From positions 15,523 to 79,522 of the forward strand of contig JACRCO010000053.1 in the NCBI GenBank assembly GCA_016218975.1: DNA of 64,000 bases. Reading direction: 5' to 3'. This DNA comes from Deltaproteobacteria bacterium. GTDB taxonomy: Bacteria > Desulfobacterota > Deferrimicrobia > Deferrimicrobiales > Deferrimicrobiaceae. The notes beneath the pieces were generated by a model. The model did no database searches and had not been told where the DNA came from. It saw only the letters and a list, made by a program, of their open reading frames with translations. Below, in pieces: positions 54,425-63,839 of this stretch. How positions within the stretch are numbered: position 1 is the stretch's first letter; the number at the start of each line of letters is the position of its first letter. The position numbers and the translations under genes were made by a program.

Positions 54425-55792
54425 CTATCCTTTCAGGCGCTCCCAAAGAGCCTTGCGGCCTATGCCCAAAAGCTCCGAGGCGCCGGTCTTGCTTCCCCCC
54501 GTTGCCCTTAGCGCCCGCTGAATATGATCGAGCTCGAACCGCCTTACCGCCTCCTTCAACGGGAGGATCGCCCGGGGGTCGGAATTCTCACCGGAGGATG
54601 TATTGAGCGAGTCCGGGATCTCCGGTGGAAGGTGCCTGGGCTCGATCGTCCCTTCCCTGCAAAGAATGGTGGCGCGCTCGACGATGTTCCACAATTCCCG
54701 GACGTTCCCCGGGTAACCGTAGTTCATGAGGAGCGACATCGAGCTTTCGGAGACGCTGCGGTTGCCTCCGAGTTTCCCGACGAAATTTTCGACGAGCAGG
54801 GGAACGTCCTCGAGCCGATCGCGCAGCGGGGGAAGCCGGATCGCGAAGACGTTCAACCGATAAAACAGGTCCTCCCGAAACCCACCCTCGGCGACCATCG
54901 ACTTCAGGTCGTCCTTGTTCGTTGCAGTGACTATGCGGATGTCGACCGGAACGTTTTCGTGCCCGCCGATCCTCGTGATGACGCGCTCCTGGAGCACACG
55001 CAAAAGCTTCGCCTGCGCCGGGAGCGGCATATCCGCTATTTCGTCGAGGAAAAGGGTGCCCCCGCCTGCCTGCTCGATCTTGCCTTCGGTGCGTTTCAGC
55101 GCCCCGGTGAAGGCGCCCTTCTCGAAACCGAAAAGCTCCGCTTCGAACAGGGTTTCGGGTATCGCCGCGCAGTTGAGCGCCACGAACGGCCCGTCTTTCC
55201 TTTTTCCACGCCGGTGGACCGCCCTCGCGACCAGCTCTTTACCGGTGCCGCTCTCCCCGAGGATAAGCACAGTGGCGTCGGTATCGGCTACAAGCGTGAC
55301 GAGGTCGAAAACCTCCCGCATTGGCTTGCTCTTTCCGATCAGCTCCTCGAAACGCGACTGCGATGCGATGAGCTTCTTAAGGTCCCGGTTTTCCTCTTCG
55401 AGCGCCCTGACGCGCAGGACCTTGTTCAGCAGCAGCATGAACTCTTCCATCGAGAACGGCTTGGTCAGGTAATCTTCGGCGCCGAGTTTCATCGCCGCCA
55501 CGGCGGATTCGACGCTGCCGAAACCGGTGATGGTTATGACTGACGGAGCCGGGGTTTTCGACTTCGCCTCCTTGAGGACTTCCAGCCCGTCTTTGCCGGG
55601 AAGCCTTATGTCCGTAACGACGATGTCGAACGTTTCCGAAGCGAGCAGGCGGACCGCATCCCCGCCGTCGTCCGCGGAGGAGACGGCGTATCCCGCTTCT
55701 TCAAGGTTGTCCGTCAAGGTGAAGCGCAATCCAGGATCGTCTTCCACGACCAGGATCCGTCGGCAAGGCGTGTCCATCGTGGCCCCTTTCAT
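54425..55792 (-). CDS. Sigma-54-dependent response regulator (NtrC family)
   Basis: Receiver (RILVVEDDPGLR...DIVVTDIRLPGKDG), AAA+ (GESGTGKE, EAELFGFEKGAFTGA), C-terminal HTH. Start is ATG 55792 or 55777. Confidence 0.9.
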   Translation of the reverse strand: MKGATMDTPCRRILVVEDDPGLRFTLTDNLEEAGYAVSSADDGGDAVRLLASETFDIVVTDIRLPGKDGLEVLKEAKSKTPAPSVITITGFGSVESAVAAMKLGAEDYLTKPFSMEEFMLLLNKVLRVRALEEENRDLKKLIASQSRFEELIGKSKPMREVFDLVTLVADTDATVLILGESGTGKELVARAVHRRGKRKDGPFVALNCAAIPETLFEAELFGFEKGAFTGALKRTEGKIEQAGGGTLFLDEIADMPLPAQAKLLRVLQERVITRIGGHENVPVDIRIVTATNKDDLKSMVAEGGFREDLFYRLNVFAIRLPPLRDRLEDVPLLVENFVGKLGGNRSVSESSMSLLMNYGYPGNVRELWNIVERATILCREGTIEPRHLPPEIPDSLNTSSGENSDPRAILPLKEAVRRFELDHIQRALRATGGSKTGASELLGIGRKALWERLKG

Positions 55793-57277
55793 CTATGTAG
55801 GCGAGCACGGCAGAGAGATGAAAAACGTCGTGCCGTCTCCCGGCCTGGAGGTAACGCGCATTCTCCCCCCGTGCTGTTCCACGATTTTCTTGCAAACCGC
55901 GAGCCCAAGTCCGGTCCCCTTCCCCGCTACTTTCGTCGTGAAGAACGGCTCGAATATCCTTTCGTGGTTCTCCTCCGGGATCCCGCAGCCCGTATCCGCC
56001 ACGACAAGGGTATGGAATTGCCCGTCGTTCATGTGCCCGATATCCAGCTTTCCCCCGGAAGGCATGGCGGCGACGGCGTTCAGCACCAGGTTGACCATGA
56101 CCTGTTCGATCTTGTGGGCGTCCGCTCTCACGGTCACGGAAGGAACGCGGTTCGCCACCTCTATCCGCCCCTTGTCGAGCTGGAAGTCCAGGAGCTCGAG
56201 CGTCTTCCCGACGAGGACCCGGAGGTTGCATTCGGAATAGTGCGTCGCATGCACCGTCGAGTAGTCGAGAAGCTGCGAGACCGCACGGTGGATGCTTTCG
56301 AGACTTTCGCCGACCACCGTAAGGTACTGCTCCCGCTTGTGGGGAGGCAGCGACTCCTTCTTAAGCGCCTGGACTCCGTGCATCGCCCCCGTCAGCGGGC
56401 TGTTGACTTCGTGCGCAAGTCCGGCGGCCAGCGTCCCGATAGTCGCCATTTTCTCGGTGCCGGTCAGAAGCTCCTGGGTCCTTTTTCGCTCGACCTCCTC
56501 TTCTCTCAGCCGGTTCACCATGATCCGGTAGCTGTCGTAGAGCTTGCCCAGCTCGTCGTTACGGCCGGGGAGCGGGGCGGGGTCGAGGTTTCCCAGCCGC
56601 ACCGAATCAAGCGCGTCCGACAATCGGCGGATCGGCCTCGTCATTATCCTGGCGGCGGCGAAGACGGCAAATACGAGGACGAACGCGGCGGAAAGCGATA
56701 TGAACAGGATTTTCCTGCTCAGCGCGTTGACTTCATCGGCCATTCCCGCGAGGGAATAGCCGATGCGCAGGGTCCCGAACCGCTTGGATGAGATGCTCAA
56801 CGGCGCCGCCACGTCGATCAAGCCGCCGTCCAGCGGCTCCCCGACCATGGTGAGTGTTATGTCGGAGGCGGACAGCGCCTTCGCGGTCAAGGGGTCGTCC
56901 GGATGCTTGCGAAACTGCGTCAGGTCGCTGTGGGAGAGGACGACGCCGTCCGGACCGAGGACCATGGCGTAGGTCACGCGCATGTCCTTGTTTCCGGCAA
57001 GCCGCGCAATGTAGAGGTCCAGCAGCCCCGCCTCGGCCACAAGGCCGATCTCTTCATAGAGCAAAACCTGGGTGATGGGAAACCGCATCGAAACGGCCAG
57101 GGTCCGCGCCGCACGCCTCTCCCTTTCCAGGAGATGGCTCTTTTCCTCCTCGACGAGGGAAACATGCAGGGCCAGCGCGAAGAAAAAGATGGCTGCCACT
57201 CCCGCGGTCGTGAACTTCCCCGCCAGAGAGGAAAAGGGGCGTCTTATTATTTCAGGAACGGATTCGATGAGTGGCAA
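55793..57277 (-). CDS. Sensor histidine kinase (two TM helices, periplasmic domain without heme motif, HAMP, HisKA, HATPase); start uncertain (TTG 57277?)
   Basis: H-box LAAGLAHEVNSPL, G-boxes DTGCGIP / GTGLGLAVCK. No ATG between the upstream stop and TM1; TTG 57277 would overlap the PhnD-like gene by 30 nt. Confidence 0.75.
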   Translation of the reverse strand: MPLIESVPEIIRRPFSSLAGKFTTAGVAAIFFFALALHVSLVEEEKSHLLERERRAARTLAVSMRFPITQVLLYEEIGLVAEAGLLDLYIARLAGNKDMRVTYAMVLGPDGVVLSHSDLTQFRKHPDDPLTAKALSASDITLTMVGEPLDGGLIDVAAPLSISSKRFGTLRIGYSLAGMADEVNALSRKILFISLSAAFVLVFAVFAAARIMTRPIRRLSDALDSVRLGNLDPAPLPGRNDELGKLYDSYRIMVNRLREEEVERKRTQELLTGTEKMATIGTLAAGLAHEVNSPLTGAMHGVQALKKESLPPHKREQYLTVVGESLESIHRAVSQLLDYSTVHATHYSECNLRVLVGKTLELLDFQLDKGRIEVANRVPSVTVRADAHKIEQVMVNLVLNAVAAMPSGGKLDIGHMNDGQFHTLVVADTGCGIPEENHERIFEPFFTTKVAGKGTGLGLAVCKKIVEQHGGRMRVTSRPGDGTTFFISLPCSPT

Positions 57278-58182
57278 CGGATGCCGCAACCCCCGGCGCC
57301 GGTTATCGAAGTGATCTTGCGGTAAAGGAAATCGTACTCTTCGCCGTGCGCTGTAACGAATCCCCCGCGGATTTCCGGCCCGAGGCCTTCCGATCCGGAC
57401 CGCCCTCTTTCCTTCGTTTCGTCGATCGACAGGAGGGCCCCCGTCAACGCCTTCTCCGCATCCATGGAAAGGGACGGACCCGCTGCGATCGGCGCGTTCG
57501 GCAGCTCTTCCGACACGGCGACGACCCGCAGCCCCTGATCCTTGTACTTCCACGCGACGACGTCCTTCACGGCCCCCGCTTCGAAAACCCCCTTCAGAAC
57601 CGCCCTTGCAACCTCCTCGTGATTGCGCAGATTCTTCCTGCGACCGAGTTTGTCGGGGGTCACGCCCGCTTCGCAAAGCATTATCGTGGGAATCAGGCTG
57701 CCGGTCGTGGAACGCCGGGCTCCGAACGCGAAACTTCGTCCTTTCAGATCGGACAATTTCCGGACGGGGCTGTCGCTCCGAACGATGATGTTGCACCGAT
57801 ACGCCGACTTCCCCTGCGCGTTCAATGGCTTTACGAGCGCCCGTGCGCCGAATCGGTGCCTGGCAAGGGCGTAAGTCGCGCCGCCGAGATACGCGACGTC
57901 GGTGACTCCCTTGCGCAGATCTTCTATCGTTTCCATGTAAGATCGGCCGATCCGGAGCTCGAATCTATATGGGGTATTCCGCGAAAGGTAATCCATCAGC
58001 GGCTGGTAATATTCGTACATCACGTGAGGATTGAACCTCGGGATGACGCCGAAACGGATGGTCCTGTTTCCCGAATTTTCGGGAAAGCCCGCTGTCGCGG
58101 GAGCCGCAATGAGGAAAGCAAGAAAAAAGGCCCCCCACACCCTGTGGCGGGCAATGAGCACACTCTTCAATACGCTTCGCAT
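57247..58182 (-). CDS. PhnD-like (phosphate/phosphonate ABC) periplasmic substrate-binding protein
   Basis: Signal peptide MRSVLKSVLIARHRVWGAFFLAFLIAAPATA. RFGVIPRFNP...VAYLGGATYA...RSTTGSLIP pattern of the PhnD/TIGR01098-like family. Confidence 0.75.
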   Translation of the reverse strand: MRSVLKSVLIARHRVWGAFFLAFLIAAPATAGFPENSGNRTIRFGVIPRFNPHVMYEYYQPLMDYLSRNTPYRFELRIGRSYMETIEDLRKGVTDVAYLGGATYALARHRFGARALVKPLNAQGKSAYRCNIIVRSDSPVRKLSDLKGRSFAFGARRSTTGSLIPTIMLCEAGVTPDKLGRRKNLRNHEEVARAVLKGVFEAGAVKDVVAWKYKDQGLRVVAVSEELPNAPIAAGPSLSMDAEKALTGALLSIDETKERGRSGSEGLGPEIRGGFVTAHGEEYDFLYRKITSITGAGGCGIRCHSSNPFLK

Positions 58183-58229
58183 CGGCTAATGCTTCCCGCT
58201 AATAGTATACATGCGCGGGGAACGGAGAT

Positions 58230-58308
58230 AACCCGTATTTCTCACCACGGTTCGTCGCGAGGCGGTGGAGACGGGTATGGCTACAAGACGTACTGAGAAA
58301 TGCGGGTT
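58230..58308. repeat. 15-bp inverted repeat pair (1 mismatch) upstream of the third PhnD-kinase-regulator operon
   Basis: AACCCGTATTTCTCA (58230..58244) and TGAGAAATGCGGGTT (58294..58308), separated by ~50 bp. Confidence 0.3.
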
Positions 58309-58358
58309 AAGTCCAATTAAATGCAAACGCATCTGGCTAACCGGAAACCCCGTCGGCT

Positions 58359-59333
58359 TCAGGCCTTGCCGGTCACGATCCCCACCCCCCGTGGATCCGG
58401 CTTGTCCGGGCTGACATGCCGGTATCCGGCGGCCTTCAACATCGAGACGATCTCGCCACGGGAATATGCCCTTCCTCCTTCGGTAACTGCGACCATGTGG
58501 ACCGAGAAAAAAGCCGGGCCAGGCGGTGAGGTTTTGTTCTCCTCAAGGATAAACTCCTGGACGGCGAGCGTTCCTCCGGAAGCCAGCGCGCGCTTCGCTT
58601 TCCGCAATAAGGCGATGCAGTCCTTTTCGGAGTATGCATGGAAGATATGGGAAATCCATATGAAGTCGAATGGGCCTCCGAGCGGATCCCTGGTAAAATC
58701 GCCTTCCGCGAGGCGGACCAGGCGTGAAGCACCATTTTCCTTCAGAATCTTCCTGGTCACCCGCAGCGTTTCGGGAATGTCATAGACCGTGATCTCCGAC
58801 CCCGGGTACATCCTCGCCCATTCGACCGCGTAAGTTCCCGGGCCGCCGCCGAGATCAAGAACGCGTTCCCCGGCCCGGAGGGGGAACCTTGCGGCGACCT
58901 GGGCGGCGCGTTCCCGCGCGTTCTCCTCCATGCCGCGGATGAAATTTTCCTGGAATCCGCTCCCCTCCGGCCGCCCCTTGCCGTCTCCGCGTATCTTTTT
59001 TTCGAGCGCCGCCCAGTCGCGCCAGCAATCGAGGTGGTGCAGAAGGATGAAGCGCCGCGAACGAGGGCCGTCCGCAAGGAAATTTTCCGCAACCTCCGTG
59101 TTCCGGTACTTGTCGCCTCCCTTGGCCAGCAACCCCATCGCGACGAGGGCGTTCAGGAGGATGGCGAGATTCCGCGGGTCCGCCGCGATCCCGCCGGCAA
59201 GCGTCCTGGCGTCTTTCGCCCCCCCCGCGAGCGCGGAGAACACGTCGAGCCGCAACGCAACGAACAGCGTCATCGACCACTGGTATCCGTGCGCCGTCTC
59301 CATCAAGGAGTCGAGGCTTCTTACGGGCATCAT
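58359..59333 (-). CDS. Class I SAM-dependent O-methyltransferase-like protein
   Basis: VLDLGGGPGTYA SAM-binding motif plus an N-terminal dimerisation-like domain. Overlaps cysS by 4 nt. Confidence 0.7.
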   Translation of the reverse strand: MMPVRSLDSLMETAHGYQWSMTLFVALRLDVFSALAGGAKDARTLAGGIAADPRNLAILLNALVAMGLLAKGGDKYRNTEVAENFLADGPRSRRFILLHHLDCWRDWAALEKKIRGDGKGRPEGSGFQENFIRGMEENARERAAQVAARFPLRAGERVLDLGGGPGTYAVEWARMYPGSEITVYDIPETLRVTRKILKENGASRLVRLAEGDFTRDPLGGPFDFIWISHIFHAYSEKDCIALLRKAKRALASGGTLAVQEFILEENKTSPPGPAFFSVHMVAVTEGGRAYSRGEIVSMLKAAGYRHVSPDKPDPRGVGIVTGKA

Positions 59334-60778
59334 CCGTTTCCCCTTCCCACGATTTTTTTCACCCGCGGAGGCCCGCTACCCTCGTCGACGACATCGTACC
59401 CGGTCTCGCGGATCTTATCCCTGAGCGTGTCGGCTTCCTTGAAATCGCGCGCCTTCCTCGCCGCCTCGCGCCGCTCGACGAGTTCCACCACCGGGGCCGG
59501 CAGAAAGGAAGCGTCGCCCGCAACCTTTTCCCCGGCTTCCCCCGTTTCCGCGCCTGCGGCGGGAATGAGACCCAATCCGAGCACCGTATCCCATTCGGCA
59601 GCAAGCTCGCGTAACGCCGCCCCCGGCAGGCCCGCATGCGCCGCCTCGTGGACGACGCCGACCGCCTTCGGGAGGTTGAGGTCGTCCTCCACCGATTCAC
59701 GGAACTTTCGACGAAACCCGGCCGCCGCTTCCTGGCCCGGTCCGGCCGCCGTCGCGGACCCGGAAAAGGCCTTTTTCAATCTGGAAAACGCCTTGGCGGC
59801 CGCGGCCTGGCCCTCCCAGGTGAAATTCATCGGCGTCCTGTAGTGAAGTGTCAGGCAGTAATACCTGAAATCCATCGGGTCGACGCCGCGGGACGAAAGG
59901 TCGTCCAGCGTGTATTCGTTCTTCATCGATTTGGACATCTTGTGCCCCTCCACCAGGAGGTGCGCCGCATGCATCCAGAGGCCCGCGAACCGGCCGTCCG
60001 TCGCGGTCATCGCCATCGACCGCGAATTCTCGTGATGCGGGAACCGGAGGTCCGAGCCTCCGACGTGGATGTCGAAGTCGTCGCCGAGATACTTCAGGGC
60101 CATCGCCGCGCATTCGATGTGCCAGCCGGGCCAACCCCTGCCCCACGGGCTGTCCCAGCTGAACTCTCTCCCCGGCTCCGCAGGCAGCCACAGGGTGAAG
60201 TCCTCGGGGTGCCTTTTCCTGCGGTGGATGGATACGTCCGTGCGCTCCGCCGCCTCCCCCTCTCCCAACCGCGCACCCGAAAGCTCGCCGTATCCCTTCG
60301 CGCGGGCCACGTCGAAGTAGACGTAATCCCCTTCCCGGTACGCCGCGCCGCGCCGCTCGAGTTCGCGGGCGATCGCGATCATTTCGGGAACGTGCGCGGA
60401 CGCACGCGGATACACGTCCGCCGGAAGGAAATTCATGCGCCGGCAGTCGGCGAAAAACGCCTCCGTGAAGTACTCCGCTATTTCCCGGCCCGTCTTCCCG
60501 GCAGCGCGGGCCGCCGCGATCACCTTGTCCTCGACCCGGTCGAGCGCCTCCTCGTGCATGTGGCCCATGTCGGTTATGTTCTGTACGGCGAACGGAACGA
60601 TCCCCTCGAACCTCAAGCTCCGGATCAGCAGGTCCGTCAGCAGGTAGGTTCTCAGGTTGCCTATGTGGGCGTAGCGGTAAACGGTGGGGCCGCAGGTATA
60701 GATTCCCGCGCGCCCGGGCCGAAGCGGAACGAACGTCGTCTTTTTTCTTGCCGCGGTATCGTAAAGGGAGAGCGCCAA
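59330..60778 (-). CDS. cysS: Cysteine--tRNA ligase
   Basis: HIGN motif (YRYAHIGNLRTY), KMSKS, Zn-binding Cys residues, CysRS-type C-terminal domain. Confidence 0.93.
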   Translation of the reverse strand: MALSLYDTAARKKTTFVPLRPGRAGIYTCGPTVYRYAHIGNLRTYLLTDLLIRSLRFEGIVPFAVQNITDMGHMHEEALDRVEDKVIAAARAAGKTGREIAEYFTEAFFADCRRMNFLPADVYPRASAHVPEMIAIARELERRGAAYREGDYVYFDVARAKGYGELSGARLGEGEAAERTDVSIHRRKRHPEDFTLWLPAEPGREFSWDSPWGRGWPGWHIECAAMALKYLGDDFDIHVGGSDLRFPHHENSRSMAMTATDGRFAGLWMHAAHLLVEGHKMSKSMKNEYTLDDLSSRGVDPMDFRYYCLTLHYRTPMNFTWEGQAAAAKAFSRLKKAFSGSATAAGPGQEAAAGFRRKFRESVEDDLNLPKAVGVVHEAAHAGLPGAALRELAAEWDTVLGLGLIPAAGAETGEAGEKVAGDASFLPAPVVELVERREAARKARDFKEADTLRDKIRETGYDVVDEGSGPPRVKKIVGRGNG

Positions 60779-60818
60779 GTGTCCCCCCCGATATCCCGCA
60801 TTTCCGAATGCGGGAGCG

Positions 60819-61019
60819 CTACATCTCCTGGTAGATTTCCTTCTCGATCTCTTCCTGGAGAAGCTTCACGTGTTTCTTCTCCTCCTCAACGAGGAAGAGG
60901 AACATTTCGCGGATGGACTTGTCCTCCGCGGTCTGTGCGAACTCGTTGTATTCCTGCACGGCTTCCTTTTCCCGCTCCAGCGCCATGCGGATGACCTCGA
61001 TCGGGTTCTGCGCCATCAT
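60819..61019 (-). CDS. Small rubrerythrin/ferritin-like (half-ferritin) protein
   Basis: 66 aa: MALEREKEAVQEYNEFA...EEEKKHVKLLQEEIE. E...E..H diiron-type motifs. Paralog at 62707..62937. Confidence 0.45.
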   Translation of the reverse strand: MMAQNPIEVIRMALEREKEAVQEYNEFAQTAEDKSIREMFLFLVEEEKKHVKLLQEEIEKEIYQEM

Positions 61020-61075
61020 TTCCCTCCTGGATTGTCAAGGATGCGATACCTGAGCGATACACTTGGCTTCCATCG

Positions 61076-61456
61076 TCAAGGGCGCCTCTTCGCGTAATCG
61101 TCCAGCGCGGCCTTGACCGCCTGCTCCGCCATCACCGAGCAGTGGATTTTCACCGGAGGAAGCCCGTCGAGCGCTTCGGATACCTGCTGGTTCGTTATCG
61201 CGCGCGCCTCATCGACCGACTTCCCCTTGATCATTTCCGTCAGCATGGAGCTGGAGGCGATCGCCGCGCCGCAACCGAAGGTCCGGAACTTCGCCTCCAC
61301 GACCTTCCCATCCTCCACTTTCACGTACAGCCGCATCATGTCGCCGCACGCAGGATTGCCGACTTCCCCCACGCCGTCGGCGTTCTCGATCTCGCCCACG
61401 TTTCTCGGGTTCATGAAGTGGTCCATCACCTTCGCGCTGTACGGTCCGCCCGCCAT
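61076..61456 (-). CDS. iscU: Fe-S cluster scaffold protein IscU/NifU-type
   Basis: ORF trimmed to ATG 61456 (GGGGAGGAAAG RBS). NPACGDMMRLYVKV..., FRTFGCGAAIASSS, PPVKIHCS conserved Cys triad. Confidence 0.88.
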   Translation of the reverse strand: MAGGPYSAKVMDHFMNPRNVGEIENADGVGEVGNPACGDMMRLYVKVEDGKVVEAKFRTFGCGAAIASSSMLTEMIKGKSVDEARAITNQQVSEALDGLPPVKIHCSVMAEQAVKAALDDYAKRRP

Positions 61457-61458
61457 GG

Positions 61459-62673
61459 CTACTTTCCTCCCCTTGCGGTCTGCTTCTGATAGTCGAGATA
61501 GGTCGGGGACATCTCCCAGAGCCGCCGCACGATCCCCGGCAAAACTCCCAGGACCTCGTCGACCTCCTCCTCCGTGTTCCCCTTCCCCATGCTGAAGGTT
61601 ATCGAGCCCGTGCAGATGTCCGTAGGGACTCCGATGGCCCGCAGGACGGGCGACGCCACCAGGTCCTCCTCGTCGCGGCCGCGCAGGTTCGAACTGCACG
61701 CCGAACCCGAAGCCGCCATTATTCCGTGAACGTTCAAAAAGAGGAGCAGCGACTCCCCTTCGGCATATTCCACCCAGAAACTCACATGGCCGGGCAGCCG
61801 GTCCGTCGGATGCCCCGTGAGGTGAAGATGTTCCACCGACGCCTCGATGCCGCCGCGCAGTTTCTTCTCCAGCGCCCGCAGGCGCACAGCCCACTCCCTG
61901 TTCTCTTTCGCCGCGATCCCGGCGGCCGCACCCATTCCGACGATGGCCGGGACATTTTCCGTTCCTGCGCGAAATCCCCTCTCCTGGAACCCTCCGTCGA
62001 TCTGCGAGGCGAGCGCCACGCCCTCGCGTACGAATAGTGCGCCGACCCCCTTGGGTCCGTAGAAGTTGTGGGCGGAGAGGGTGACGAGGTCGGCCCCGAT
62101 TTCACTTACGTCGAGCGGTACGTGCCCGGCGGAGGCCGTGGCGTCGGTATGGAAAAGGACACCACGGTCCCGCGTGATCCGGCCGATTTCGGCGACGGGT
62201 TCCATGGTCCCTATTTCCGCATTGGCGTGCATCACCGAGACGAGGACCGTATCCGGGCGGATCGCCTTGCGCACGTCCCCGGGGTCTACCTTGCCGTCCC
62301 GGTCCACTCCGAGGATGGTCACCTCGAATCCCCTGTTGCGCAGGGGAATGAGGGCGTTCAACACGGAGAAGTGTTCGACCTCCGATGCGACTATATGTTT
62401 CCCCTTGCCCGCCCTTGCCTCGGCTGCTCCCTTGACCGCAAGGTTGTTCGCTTCGGTCGCTCCCGACGTGAAAACGATCTCCTCCGGGCGCGCGCCGATC
62501 AACGCCGCCACCGATCCCCGCGCCGCATCCACGCCTTTCAGGGCCGCCTGCCCCTGGTCGTGGATGTGCGAAGACGGGTTCCCGTAGAAATCCGTGAAAT
62601 ACGGCGCCATCGCCGCGAAAACCCGCGGATCGAGCGGCGTGGTGGAAATGTGATCGAAAAAAATGCGCGCCAT
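61459..62673 (-). CDS. iscS: Cysteine desulfurase (IscS/NifS family)
   Basis: PLP-fold class V: FTSGATEANN, SAHNFYGPKGVGALF, SGSACSS active-site Cys loop. Confidence 0.88.
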   Translation of the reverse strand: MARIFFDHISTTPLDPRVFAAMAPYFTDFYGNPSSHIHDQGQAALKGVDAARGSVAALIGARPEEIVFTSGATEANNLAVKGAAEARAGKGKHIVASEVEHFSVLNALIPLRNRGFEVTILGVDRDGKVDPGDVRKAIRPDTVLVSVMHANAEIGTMEPVAEIGRITRDRGVLFHTDATASAGHVPLDVSEIGADLVTLSAHNFYGPKGVGALFVREGVALASQIDGGFQERGFRAGTENVPAIVGMGAAAGIAAKENREWAVRLRALEKKLRGGIEASVEHLHLTGHPTDRLPGHVSFWVEYAEGESLLLFLNVHGIMAASGSACSSNLRGRDEEDLVASPVLRAIGVPTDICTGSITFSMGKGNTEEEVDEVLGVLPGIVRRLWEMSPTYLDYQKQTARGGK

Positions 62674-62706
62674 GGGGTTTCCCGCGTAGCTGGCCGTACC
62701 CTGCGG

Positions 62707-62937
62707 CTACTCCTTCACCTTGAGCTGCGCCATCTTGTCCCGGATCAGCTTCGCGTGCTTCTTCTCCTCTTCGGCCAGGAATGTTAACATCGCTTTCAAC
62801 GAGGGAATCTGCGCCTCGTTCGCTCCTTTCTGGTACTCGCCGAAATGAGTCATTTCGAGCCTCAACGCCCTGCGCAGGACTTCTTCCATCGTCCACTTTG
62901 CCATAGGTGTCCTCCCCGTAGGTGTTCGGGCATACAA
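62707..62937 (-). CDS. Small rubrerythrin/ferritin-like (half-ferritin) protein, paralog
   Basis: LRLEMTHFGEYQ...FLAEEEKKHAKLIRDKMAQL, similar to the 60819..61019 protein. Confidence 0.45.
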   Translation of the reverse strand: MYARTPTGRTPMAKWTMEEVLRRALRLEMTHFGEYQKGANEAQIPSLKAMLTFLAEEEKKHAKLIRDKMAQLKVKE

Positions 62938-63115
62938 GCCCGCATATCCTGCTGAAACCGGGCGCCGCCGCCCGTTCGCGCATTCTTCCCGATTTTATTA
63001 GGATTGATGAAGGGTCCCTGCCGTTTCAGGGGCATTGACCCGAAACCCGTAAAATACCCTCTCCGTATATAATCTCAACATCGACAAGGGGTCAAGGTAT
63101 TGTAATATCGAACTT

Positions 63116-63652
63116 ATGAAAAAATCATCCATACTGTTGGCCGTGACGGCGGCCGTCGTCCTTATCGCCGCCTTCCTCTGGTACCGCGGCAGGCCGGTCG
63201 CGCCGGGCGGCGGGACGGCATCTCCGCCGGCGGCTTCCGTCGACCGTATCGCGCCCCCGTTTACGTTGAGCGACATAAGCGGCAACAACGTCTCTTCCTC
63301 GCAGTTCCTCGGGAAACCCACAGTCATAAACTTCTTCGCGACATGGTGCCCCCCCTGCCGCGAAGAGATCCCGGGCTTCGTGGAAATCTACAAAAAGTAC
63401 AAGAACAGCGGATTCGAGCTTGTGGGGATCGCCCTCGACACCGACACAAGGTCGACGCTTCCCCAGTTCCTTGTACAGAACAGGATCGAATACCGGATCC
63501 TCATCGGCGACGTGGCGGCCGTCAGGGCATACGGCGGCGTCCGCTCCATCCCCACCACCTTTTTCGTAGGCAAGGACGGCAAGATCCGCAATGTCCACGT
63601 CGGTTATATCGACAAGGACTCCTTCGAACGGGAAGTCCGGAAGCTCCTGTAA
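63116..63652 (+). CDS. TlpA/ResA-family thiol:disulfide oxidoreductase (thioredoxin fold, membrane-anchored)
   Basis: N-terminal TM anchor, INFFATWCPPCREE (WCxxC), FELVGIALD, IPTTFFVGKDGKI. Confidence 0.85.
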   Translation: MKKSSILLAVTAAVVLIAAFLWYRGRPVAPGGGTASPPAASVDRIAPPFTLSDISGNNVSSSQFLGKPTVINFFATWCPPCREEIPGFVEIYKKYKNSGFELVGIALDTDTRSTLPQFLVQNRIEYRILIGDVAAVRAYGGVRSIPTTFFVGKDGKIRNVHVGYIDKDSFEREVRKLL

Positions 63653-63653
63653 C

Positions 63654-63790
63654 CTTAGAAACAGGGGACGTTCCCGTACTTAAAAACGGGGACGTTCCTG
63701 AACTTTTTCTGACGTGTGATAAAAAAAAGTTCAGGAACGTCCCCGTTTTTAAGTACGGGAACGTCCCCTGCTTCTAAGAACGTCCCCTGC
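63654..63790. repeat. Near-perfect ~55-bp-arm inverted repeat (hairpin) containing GGGGACGTTCC unit repeats, between convergent genes
   Basis: Left arm 63655..63709, loop tgacgtgtgat, right arm 63721..63778 (54 of 55 bp match). Each arm carries two GGGGACGTTCC(C/T)G units. A third GAACGTCCCCTG copy lies at 63779..63790. Confidence 0.8.
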
Positions 63791-63839
63791 CGGGTGCTGC
63801 GGGCGGCTTCTTCGCCCTTTGCGGAATGCGGGTAACCCG

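Noticed and set aside
63654-63790. Possible CRISPR array (repeated GGGGACGTTCC units)
   Set aside because: Only 2-3 short units arranged as a hairpin, with no regularly spaced unique spacers and no cas genes. Better explained as an inverted-repeat terminator or REP-like element.
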